A stretch of DNA of 64,000 nt from an uncultured Actinomycetota bacterium (GTDB lineage Bacteria; Actinomycetota; Actinomycetes; Actinomycetales; CAWJMD01). The notes beneath the pieces are model-generated. The model had not been told where the DNA came from, searched no databases, and saw only the letters and a program-made list of their open reading frames with translations. Position 1 is the stretch's first letter. Each line of letters opens with the position of its first letter. Positions 27,225 through 35,437 of the stretch are shown piece by piece. The stretch covers positions 72,508 through 136,507 of the forward strand of contig CAWIED010000004.1 in assembly GCA_963835085.1 (NCBI GenBank), given 5' to 3'. A program made the translations under genes and the position numbers.

Positions 27225-27323
27225 CGTCGGCTTGGCCTACGTTGGTTCGAATCCAACAGCTGCTACCAGCAGGAACCGAGGCCCTGACCGGCGGAAACGC
27301 GGTCAGGGCCTCGATCTATGTGT
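27225..27323 (+). repeat. Direct repeat copy 2: tRNA 3'-fragment plus hairpin (att-like)
   Basis: Same sequence as 17628-17727: T-arm GTTGGTTCGAATCCAAC, AGCTGCTACCA, then GGCCCTGACCGGCG-gaaa-CGCGGTCAGGGCC. Confidence 0.7.
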
Positions 27324-27629
27324 TGGCTGTGCGGCGGGTGCGCTCGGCGCCGCGTGGGCGAAGATCGCCGATACCTGACGTGAGAACGCAGTTCGTGCCG
27401 CGCGCGTGAAGGTGGACGTGTGCCGAGACTGATCCAAATCGGAGTCCTCCGGGCGGGTGAGGAAGGAGCCGCCGCCGGGTGTTTCAACTCGCGGTTCCGG
27501 GGTACACCCGAGCGGACTGTCCGGGCACCGCAGCAGCATCAACCAGGGCGTCAACAGCTTCGCTGCTGACGCGGTGGTCAGTGTCCGGTCGACAGTCGAT
27601 TGGAGTCGGCGAACGTGAGGGAGACCGAG

Positions 27630-27764
27630 ATGAGCGAACAACCGAAACAGCAGGACGTCGACAACCCCACCATCGAGGAGGCAGACCCTGACGGTAAGGG
27701 CATCAGCATCGGCTCGGGAGAGCCGAACACGTTCGAACCGGAGGAGGAGCCTGACGCCGAGTAG
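27630..27764 (+). CDS. Small acidic hypothetical protein (44 aa)
   Basis: ATG preceded by GAGGGAG. Mostly G/C-ending codons. MSEQPKQQDVDNPTIEEADPDGKGISIGSGEPNTFEPEEEPDAE. Below the ORF-track cutoff. Confidence 0.35.
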   Translation: MSEQPKQQDVDNPTIEEADPDGKGISIGSGEPNTFEPEEEPDAE

Positions 27765-28085
27765 TCCCCTTGCTTCACCACTGGGCTGCCCCGCTGAGAA
27801 GCGCATCCACCCCGCATTCTCCGCGGGTGGGTGCGTCGGTGTCGCTGACGCGCAACAAGCGGTGCCCGAGGTCTGGCGGTCGGCCGAAGCTGTCGGACAG
27901 CGGCACGAACTCCGCGCGGGTGATACCGGCGACTGTGGCTGCCAGCCGGGCGCCGTACGAGGTGGCGATTGGTGAAGCCAGTCGCTTCACAGCCTGACCA
28001 GGGCGAACAAGCCGGCACATCAGAACTCGGGAGTCGGGCGACCGCAAGCCGACGTGCCCAGCAACGTCCTCAGGCGAGCGCTCGG

Positions 28086-29267
28086 CTACGAACGCACCAT
28101 CATGGCGTCTCGAACGCTGAAGGTGGCTCCCTCGAGGTCTGCGGCGTCGGTGACGAAGGTGAAGGCATCGTCGTGCACCGTGGCGCCGGGCTGCACCGGG
28201 CCGGTGCTCACGGAGTCCGAGTCGACCTCTTGCCCGCTCTTGGTGGCGATGACCGTGAGCAAGAACGAGGCCGGGAATGATGACTTGTTCGTGAGCGTGA
28301 CCGGAACCTTGGTGTCGGGGAAGCTGGAGTCACCGGTGATGACGGGCGTGCCGAAGGTGACCGTCAAGTCGTTGGCCATGATGCTGTCGACATCGGTGGT
28401 CAGCCCCGAGTCGTTGGAGACGGAGGGCCTCGACTCGCGTGAGGTGGACGGCATTGCGTCCGATGTGGAGATCCAGTAGACGGTGCCGACGAACACCACA
28501 ATCGAGACGATGATGGCCAGCGCCGAGGTGGCGATGCCGCCGATTGCCAGACCCCGACCGGCCGCAAGGCCCTTTCTGATCTGAACCAACGCGACGATGC
28601 CCATGATGAGGCCGACCAGGGCGATGAAGGCGAAGACCAGGCCGATGATGGGGATCCAGCCGAGCATCAGCCCCACGACGCCGAGCACCAGACTCAGGAT
28701 CGCCAGCACCTTGCTCGGCCCGGCAGGTGTGTACATGCCGTACGCCTGAGGGTTGGTGTACATGGCCGATTGGGCGCCAGGCTGCTGGTAGTTGGCGTCG
28801 GGTGGTTGGTAGCCGGCCTGCGGATTGCCGGCCGGGCCGTAGCCGGCTTGCTGATATTCCGGCTGCTGGAAACCCGGCGGTGGGTATCCCGGTTGCTGGA
28901 AGCCTGATGGCCCGTAACCCGGCTGCTCGTAGGTCGGCTGCTCGTAGGTCGGTGGTCCGAAGCCTGGCTGCTCGTAAGTCGGTTGCCCGTACCCGGGCTG
29001 TCCGTACCCGGGTTGCCCAAAGCCGGGTTGCCCAAAGCCGGGTTGCCCGGACCCGGGTTGCCCAAAGCCGGGTTGCCCAAAGCCGGGTTGCGCGAAGCCC
29101 GGTTGCCCGGAGCCGGGCTGCTGATCTGCAGGCCGGTACGTCTCGGGCTCGGTGTAGCCCGGCCCCGGAGCCTGCTGCTGAGGGCCACCTGCTGCGAACG
29201 GGTTCGGATCGCCGTCGGGGGAGTTGTGCTTGGTCAGATCGGGGCGCTGCGGCGTGGAGTCGCTCAT
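28086..29267 (-). CDS. Membrane protein with a Pro/Gln/Gly-rich repeat N-terminal region, two or more TM helices and a DUF4352-like extracytoplasmic domain
   Basis: Start at the ATG at 29267 (MSDSTPQRPDL...) with GGGAAAG upstream. Repeats QPGFGQPGFGQPGSGQPG... TM region VLAILSLVLGVVGLMLGWIPIIGLVFAFIALVGLIMGIVALV. Confidence 0.8.
   Translation of the reverse strand: MSDSTPQRPDLTKHNSPDGDPNPFAAGGPQQQAPGPGYTEPETYRPADQQPGSGQPGFAQPGFGQPGFGQPGSGQPGFGQPGFGQPGYGQPGYGQPTYEQPGFGPPTYEQPTYEQPGYGPSGFQQPGYPPPGFQQPEYQQAGYGPAGNPQAGYQPPDANYQQPGAQSAMYTNPQAYGMYTPAGPSKVLAILSLVLGVVGLMLGWIPIIGLVFAFIALVGLIMGIVALVQIRKGLAAGRGLAIGGIATSALAIIVSIVVFVGTVYWISTSDAMPSTSRESRPSVSNDSGLTTDVDSIMANDLTVTFGTPVITGDSSFPDTKVPVTLTNKSSFPASFLLTVIATKSGQEVDSDSVSTGPVQPGATVHDDAFTFVTDAADLEGATFSVRDAMMVRS
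28981..29115. repeat. 15-bp tandem repeat (9 units) encoding the (Q/E)PG(F/Y/S)G pentapeptide array
   Basis: Units GGTTGCCCAAAGCCG and variants run head to tail from 28981 to 29115. Confidence 0.8.
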
Positions 29268-29494
29268 CTGCTTTCCCTTCGCGATGGTCGTCCGGCGACC
29301 AGCACGGCCACCCACCGGCTCGGCCCTCACATGTATGCCATCAGCAGGGTATCCGTTCGGTGCAGGTTCAGCTCGATGCAAGGCTCAGAGCCCGCCACGA
29401 CGCCCGTTGGGGTGAACGACATCGCCGGCTGCGACCCCATCCAGAGATCGGTTGGGAAACAGGGGCCAAGGCCGTGTACGCTACTGGACGCACC

Positions 29495-29570
29495 GCCCCG
29501 ATAGCTCAGTCGGCAGAGCGTCTCCATGGTAAGGAGAAGGTCTAGGGTTCGATTCCCTATCGGGGCTCCA
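29495..29570 (+). tRNA. tRNA-Thr (anticodon GGT), CCA encoded
   Basis: Manual cloverleaf: GCCCCGA/TCGGGGC acceptor, GCTC/GAGC D-stem, TCTCC-ATGGTAA-GGAGA anticodon arm, TAGGG-TTCGATT-CCCTA T-arm. Confidence 0.92.
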
Positions 29571-29603
29571 CTGGCCCGGTCAGCTTTGACGACCGGGCCA
29601 CTA

Positions 29604-29679
29604 GGCGGGATAGCTCAGTCGGTAGAGCAAACGGCTCATAATCGTTGTGTCGCGGGTTCGAGTCCCGCTCCCGCTACCA
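29604..29679 (+). tRNA. tRNA-Met (anticodon CAT; elongator-type by acceptor stem), CCA encoded
   Basis: GGCGGGA/TCCCGCT acceptor, AACGG-CTCATAA-TCGTT anticodon arm, GCGGG-TTCGAGT-CCCGC T-arm. A lysidine-modified tRNA-Ile2 cannot be excluded from sequence alone. Confidence 0.88.
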
Positions 29680-29736
29680 GTTCTTCTCGGAGCCCCTCAG
29701 CCCAACGGGTTCTACGCCTCAGCCGGCCCTCACGTG

Positions 29737-30395
29737 TCAGGCCTCAGCGGTCCAGGCTTCGTCAACTGCTGCGGCAACCCGGTCTTCGGCAAGGCTGCTT
29801 CCAAGGCCCATGACACTCACCGTCAGGTTGGCCGTGCGTCGGGAGCACAACGTGGTGGCAGGTGATGAGTGGATCGTCCCTGTGCCGTCTGGGCTTGCGT
29901 CGATGGTGTGCGTGCACTGCACCGCGCCGTGGCCGGTGAAGGGTGGTCGCGCAGCCCTCAGGTCCATCGAGTCGGGAAAGTCGCCGCGCACCACGACGAG
30001 CGTCAGTTGTCCGCTCTGCCGACCATCCGTGAGTTGCTCATAGCTGGCGCTGCCGCTGGGGTAGGTCCCGTAGGCTGACCGGGCCTGAGCCGCCCAGTTG
30101 GGATTATTAGGCAGTTGCGAGCGGGCGGGAGCCAGGGTCAAGCCCGAGAGCGTCTGCGGCAGCACGACGGCCGGGCGTCGCTGGGGCTCGTACCGTGATG
30201 GCGCTGCACGGTCCAGCCGATCGCAGCCGCTGCAGCCGCCAGCATGCACAGCAGTGCAGCCAGGAGGGGCAGCGGCCAATGCCGTCGGGAGCGCTCGTGA
30301 TCGCGCGCGAGGCTGCTGACGGAGTTCGCCTGCCACCGCGGGGCCTCGACCTGAGACTGGCGGGTCTCAAGAGGAGATGGGTGGCCCGGCTGCAT
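29737..30395 (-). pseudogene. N-terminally membrane-anchored hypothetical protein, frame broken around 30165-30200
   Basis: ORF 30138..30395 supplies the N-terminus with TM helix WPLPLLAALLCMLAAAAAAIGW and better GC3. ORF 29737..30336 supplies the C-terminal about 150 aa (AVVLPQTLSGL...). The 659-nt length equals 3n+2. Confidence 0.45.
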
Positions 30396-30627
30396 GCAAA
30401 GAACTGTCGGATCGTTGGACTGTCCACTTCAGTCATCCGGTGAATTCGACTCTGCCCCGAGACCCGGCTAATCTGGACGGTCGGTGCGCCCAGGTGGCGG
30501 CTGCCGTTCGCTGTCTTCGGAAGACCCGTGTCTTGGAAGACCTGTGTCTTCGGGAAACCCCGAAGAACTGTCCGGAGAACGCGGCCCGTCCCGCACCCGT
30601 CCGTTACGAGTGAGAGAAGGCTGCCCC

Positions 30628-30798
30628 GTGGCCAGCAAGACCGCCGACGTTCGGCCCAAGATCACGCTTGCCTGCACCGTGTGCAAAGAGCGCAACTACA
30701 TCACCCGCAAGAACCGGCGGAACGACCCCGACCGGCTCGACCTCAAGAAGTTCTGCCCGCGCTGTGCGCACCACACCGACCACCGCGAGACTCGCTGA
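30628..30798 (+). CDS. rpmG: 50S ribosomal protein L33 (Zn-ribbon C+ form)
   Basis: [59 protein letters not shown] start with GAGAGAAGG upstream. Confidence 0.92.
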   Translation: MASKTADVRPKITLACTVCKERNYITRKNRRNDPDRLDLKKFCPRCAHHTDHRETR

Positions 30799-30815
30799 GC
30801 GATAGCGTCACCCGC

Positions 30816-31271
30816 GTGAGCGTCAACGAGGCCTTTGTCGGCAAGGTGTATCCGCCCGAGTCAACCTATGAGGTGAGTCGGGAGAAGATCCGCGAGTTCG
30901 CCCTGGCCACCTACGGCGCAGACCTCGTGCACCCTGCTCACGTGGATCCCGACGCTGCGCGATCGCTCGGCTACGCCGACGTGGTCGCGCCGCCGACATT
31001 CCTGGTGATCGCCGCGCAGCGCAGCGACGAACGGCTCATCTCCGACCCCGAGGCCGGCATCGACTTCAGTCGGGTGCTGCACGGTGAAGAGGCGTTCACC
31101 CATCACCGGCCCGTTGTGGCCGGTGATCGGCTTGCGGTCACCCTGCATGTCGACGGCGTGCGGACGGTGGCGGGCAACAGCATTCTCACCACCCGCAACG
31201 AGATCACCGACGAGGCCGGGCAACCGGTGAGCACCGTGATCTCCACCCTTGTCGTGCGAGGTGATTCGTGA
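30816..31271 (+). CDS. MaoC-like (3R)-hydroxyacyl dehydratase subunit (HadA-like)
   Basis: VSVNEAFVGKVYPPESTYEVSREKIREFALA... Position directly after rpmG, as in mycobacterial rpmG-hadABC. GTGA overlap with the next gene. Confidence 0.75.
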   Translation: MSVNEAFVGKVYPPESTYEVSREKIREFALATYGADLVHPAHVDPDAARSLGYADVVAPPTFLVIAAQRSDERLISDPEAGIDFSRVLHGEEAFTHHRPVVAGDRLAVTLHVDGVRTVAGNSILTTRNEITDEAGQPVSTVISTLVVRGDS

Positions 31272-31696
31272 GCACGCCCAGCCTGGCCGAACTCAGCATC
31301 GGTGACGAAGTGGTGCGGCATTCCACCACTCTCGAACGACTCGATCTCGTGAAGTACGCGGGTGCCAGCGGCGACTTCAACCTGATCCACTGGAATCCGC
31401 GCTTCGCGACCCAGGTGGGCCTGCCCGACACCATCGTGCACGGCATGCTCACCATGGGGCGGGCGATCGCACCCGTAGCGGTGTGGGCCGGCGACCCCGG
31501 AGCGATCGTCAGCTATGGCGTGCGGTTCACCAAGCCGATCGTGATACCCGATCCGGGCTCGGCCACCATCGACATCGTGGGCAAAGTGGCTGCGCTCGAC
31601 CCGGAAGCAGGCACCGTGCGGATCGATCTCACCGCCACCGTCGACGGCGCGGCCGTTCTGGGCAAGGCCCGCGCGCTCGTCCGGCTGCCGCACTGA
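31268..31696 (+). CDS. MaoC-like (3R)-hydroxyacyl dehydratase subunit (HadB-like)
   Basis: LVKYAGASGDFNLIHWNPRFATQVGLPDTIVHGMLTMG (hot-dog fold hydratase motif). Confidence 0.8.
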   Translation: MSTPSLAELSIGDEVVRHSTTLERLDLVKYAGASGDFNLIHWNPRFATQVGLPDTIVHGMLTMGRAIAPVAVWAGDPGAIVSYGVRFTKPIVIPDPGSATIDIVGKVAALDPEAGTVRIDLTATVDGAAVLGKARALVRLPH

Positions 31697-31721
31697 GCGG
31701 GCAGACCTGCGCCGGGTACCG

Positions 31722-32837
31722 TTGCCGATTGTGAGCACGCTGCCCGGCCCTACGGCATCTCCTGATCTGGCCACGGCTTCCGAATCGGACCCCCTGGCCG
31801 GGCCTTCGCTGTCGGCCGACCAGAGGCTGGCCGACCTGACAACCTTGCGCGTCGGTGGCCCCGCCCGGCGCCTCGTCACCGTCCGCACCGCCGAAGAGTT
31901 GGTGCAGGCGGTCTCCGCAGCAGACGAGGCCGACGAACCCGTGCTTGTGGTTGCCGGCGGGTCGAACCTCCTGGTCAGCGATGACGGCTTCGACGGTGTG
32001 GTCGTGCTGATGCGCAGCAGTGGGTTCGACGTGCTCAGCGACGACGGCTGCTCCGGAGTGAGCCTGCGGGTGGCGGCCGGTCAGCCCTGGGACGAGGTGG
32101 TGGCGCACGCCGTTGCGCAGGGGTGGGTGGGCATCGAGGCGCTGTCGGGAATTCCGGGGGCCACGGGCTCGACTCCGATCCAGAATGTGGGTGCCTACGG
32201 CCAGGAGGTGGCCCAGACCATTGCGTCCGTGCGCACCTGGGACCGCGTCGAGAGGCGTCAGCGCACCTTCGCCGCCTCCGAATGCGGCTTCTCGTACCGA
32301 CATTCGCGGTTCAAGGCCGATCCGGCCCGCTATCTGGTGCTCGACGTGACCTTCCAGTTGGTGCATGGCACGGACTCGGCACCCGTCCGGTACGCCGAAC
32401 TCGCCCGCAGCCTCGGCGTGGAAGTGGGGGAGCGGGCACCGCTGGCCGACGTCCGCGCGCATGTGCTCGCCCTGCGCGCCAGCAAGGGGATGGTGCTCGA
32501 CGCCACCGATCACGACACCTGGAGCGCCGGGTCGTTCTTCACCAATCCGATCCTGGCGACTGGGGTGGAAGCCCCCGAGGGTGCCCCGAGCTATCCGGCC
32601 GAGGGCGGCAGCAAGACCAGCGCGGCCTGGCTGATCGAACACGCCGGCTTCGCCAAGGGCTTCGGACTGCCGGGCCCGGCCGCGCTGTCGACGAAGCACA
32701 CTCTCGCGCTCACCAACCGTGGCTCCGCGACGGCGGACGACCTGGTGGCGCTCGCCCGTACGGTGCGCGATGGCGTTCGCGAGCGGTTCGGCATCACACT
32801 GGTCAATGAGCCTGTGCTGGTGGGGCTGCAACTCTAG
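31722..32837 (+). CDS. murB: UDP-N-acetylenolpyruvoylglucosamine reductase MurB
   Basis: LTTLRVGGPARRLVTVRT...VLVVAGGSNLLVSD...GIPGATGSTPIQNVGAYGQE...GSFFTNP. Confidence 0.88.
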   Translation: MPIVSTLPGPTASPDLATASESDPLAGPSLSADQRLADLTTLRVGGPARRLVTVRTAEELVQAVSAADEADEPVLVVAGGSNLLVSDDGFDGVVVLMRSSGFDVLSDDGCSGVSLRVAAGQPWDEVVAHAVAQGWVGIEALSGIPGATGSTPIQNVGAYGQEVAQTIASVRTWDRVERRQRTFAASECGFSYRHSRFKADPARYLVLDVTFQLVHGTDSAPVRYAELARSLGVEVGERAPLADVRAHVLALRASKGMVLDATDHDTWSAGSFFTNPILATGVEAPEGAPSYPAEGGSKTSAAWLIEHAGFAKGFGLPGPAALSTKHTLALTNRGSATADDLVALARTVRDGVRERFGITLVNEPVLVGLQL

Positions 32838-32990
32838 GAACCAAGCGGGCTCGGCGACGCTCGGCAAGATGACCTGCTTTGAGGTTGTCGTATGCGGCTC
32901 AAGCCAGCAGCTTCCGTAACCGGTGTCGGCTCTGTGAAGCGCTGCCAGATACGCCGGATGTTGTCGGTGGCGGCTCGTAGCCTGCCCTGC

Positions 32991-34004
32991 ATGTCCGAGG
33001 AACGAGGAGTGCCGAAGCCGGGGTCGGAGCCATCGTCGGCTGGGATGGCACATGCTCATGACCGGTATTTTCGTGCTGGGCTGCAGGGCCGTCCGGAGCA
33101 GGCGGCACTGGTGGGCGAGCTGTTCCCAGGGTTGATGCCGTTCTTGGACGCGGTGGCGTTTGAGACGGTCGATGGCACGTTCGTGGACGAGGAACTGCGG
33201 GAACGGCAAACGGACGTGGTGTTACGCACCCGGCTGTCCGGCCGCGACGTCTTCATCTACGTGCTCGTCGAGCACCAACGCACGGTCGACCCGCTGATGG
33301 CCGTGCGGATGATGCGGTATCAGACGCGAATCTGGGATCGCCATCTCGCTCGGCATCCTGGCGCGACCCGGGTCCCGGTGATCCTGCCGGCGGTGGTCTA
33401 CCAGGGTGAGCGGACTTGGACGGCTGCGACAGATCTACGCGACATACTGGATCTGGACCCCACAAGCCAGCAGCCGCAGTGGAGCAGTACTTGCCCCGGC
33501 TGCGGTACCGGCTCGACGATCTGACCCAGGTGGACGTGGAGACTCTGCGGGCGCGGGTCTCGACAGCGCCATTGAGGGTTGATGCTGTCGTTGCTGATGC
33601 GAGCTCCTGGCAATCCACAGGTGGTGGAGTTGTTGGAGAACATGTCCGACGACCTGACCGCGGTGGCTGCCGGGCCCAATGGGTCTCGGCATCTGGAGGC
33701 GGCGTTCACGTACATTGTGAATGTCACTGATGTTTCGGCTGGCCGGCTTCGGCCGGTCGCTAGTCGACTTGGACCCGTCGCAATGGAGGCACTGATGACA
33801 ACCGCAGACGTACTTCGCGCTGAAGGTCGCGCCCAAGGGCAGGCGGAGGGTCAGGCTGGGCTGTTGCTACGCCAGTTAGGGGTCAAGTTCGGTCCGCTGA
33901 CCGAGAGTGTCCAGGCTCGGGTGCACACTGGCACCGCGGCCGAGGTGGAGGTCTGGGCTGAGCGTGTCCTGACGGCCATGACTCTGGACGACGTCCTCGG
34001 CTGA
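32991..34004 (+). pseudogene. Rpn-family recombination-promoting nuclease / putative transposase (PD-(D/E)XK), two compensating frameshifts
   Basis: HDRYFRAG...DVVLRTRLSGRDVFIYVLVEHQ in one frame, AAAVEQYLPRLRYRLDDLTQVDVETLRAR in a second, then back for MLSLLMRAPGNP...DVLRAEGRAQGQAEGQAGLLLRQL. Shifts are at the C-run 33458-33461 and the G-run 33576-33578. Confidence 0.7.
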
Positions 34005-34021
34005 GAGAGCCACGAACTGGA

Positions 34022-34870
34022 TCATGCGCGAAGGCTCCGCGAGTTCCGGTCGATGGTCCGAGGGCCCGACCAGAGGCCCGTGTCCACGGTTGCGGATGTG
34101 CGGAAGGGGAGACCGACCGGAATCAGCTCAGACGTCTCCCGCGCTTCCCAATCACCGTGCACAGGCGCCGCTGCGATCTCGTCGAGACTGATGATCTCAA
34201 CCACGCCAGAGATGGCACCGTAGGAACCCAACTGGTCGCTGTCGTTCTGCCACATGCGTCGGACGACAGCCATTCCGTAGGTGCCCTTCAGGTATAGCCA
34301 GTCCGACGAGCCTGTTAATGTCTTCCCGAACAGTGTGCAGTACCGCGTTGCCTGTTCGCCCGTCAGACCTGTCGGGTCTTGGGGAATGTCGGACGAGATC
34401 TCGTGGGCACCCAGCAGCTGCCAAGAGGCGACCGGTTCCAGAGAGGTCCATGCGAAGAACTCGGGAGAGTCCCCAGCATCTCCTATGACATCCTCCGGTG
34501 ATGGCAGCCAGGGTTGTATCAATGCGTATGACAGCTCTAGCGGGTCAAACCACAAATCACCAGGCCTTGGCTCGGTGGGGAGATCCAGACTGACGAAGCA
34601 TCGCGCTTCGGGAGCCCACCAGGCCGCATCAGTGACATGATCGCCGTCACGGACAAAGGCGCACAGCAACTCGGCTCGCTGACGGTCACCGAGGTCGACC
34701 AGGCGGACCGCCAAGTCGAGACAAGCCCGGGCCGTTTGTTCACGGAGATGCCTTGCGAAGGCGGAGCCGACGTGAGCAAGCGAATCTCGACTCTGACTTC
34801 TGTTCACCTCTCCAATCCTCCACTTCTGCCTCGTCCACATCTGCCGATTGTTGCTCCGAAGGACATGCAA
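34022..34870 (-). CDS. Hypothetical protein (weak SUMF1/FGE-like string GEQATRYCTLFGKTLTGSSDW)
   Basis: Uninterrupted 282-aa ORF. No confident family assignment. Start uncertain. Confidence 0.45.
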   Translation of the reverse strand: MHVLRSNNRQMWTRQKWRIGEVNRSQSRDSLAHVGSAFARHLREQTARACLDLAVRLVDLGDRQRAELLCAFVRDGDHVTDAAWWAPEARCFVSLDLPTEPRPGDLWFDPLELSYALIQPWLPSPEDVIGDAGDSPEFFAWTSLEPVASWQLLGAHEISSDIPQDPTGLTGEQATRYCTLFGKTLTGSSDWLYLKGTYGMAVVRRMWQNDSDQLGSYGAISGVVEIISLDEIAAAPVHGDWEARETSELIPVGLPFRTSATVDTGLWSGPRTIDRNSRSLRA

Positions 34871-35437
34871 GGCTTCGGCCTAGCGGGTGTGTCTCGTTCC
34901 GGTCCATTCTCGCGTGGAACGCCTACGTCAGGACCAACCTCTGCGTAGTACGTGGACGGATCGCATCTCTCCCCGTGGATATCCGCCATGGAATTGGTTG
35001 CCCGGCTGATCGTTACCGTGCGACGTGGGCGCCGCGACCGGTTGCTGGAAGTCTCGACCTGTCCGTCATGTGTGCGCCAAGGGAGAACGGCTCGATTCTG
35101 TGTAGTTGGCTATCGCTGACTCCGAGACGTTCGGGTGCGATGCGTACGGTCGGTCCGACGGTGCGGCTGCGCAACTTGGCCAATCTCGCTGAAAGCGGCG
35201 AATGCGTTCACTTGCTGCCGCCCACCTCGAGCACTCAAGACGTAGAAATTGCAACGCTCAATGCGGCCGAGGTTGGCACCGTCGAGCCCGGTGGCCGAAG
35301 CTGCAATGGCTTGCGTGGTGCCAACCGTGTGCGCCAAACCGGGCCCCGCTAACAAACTCGACTTTCGAGAAGTCGGAAACGAAGCCCGGCGTCTCAGAAC
35401 CGCCATCCGTCAGATCCCACCGACTTCAGCCAACTAC

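Noticed and set aside
31629-33209. 526-aa minus-strand ORF across murB
   Set aside because: It is antisense to murB, which carries the FAD-binding and catalytic motifs. It has no domain features of its own.
34990-35420. Pentapeptide-repeat-like strings in two minus-strand frames (…FSKVEFVSGARFG…, …GANLGRIERCNF…)
   Set aside because: The strings are short, split between frames, and lack a start/stop structure. This is possibly a relic, but it is not reportable as a gene.
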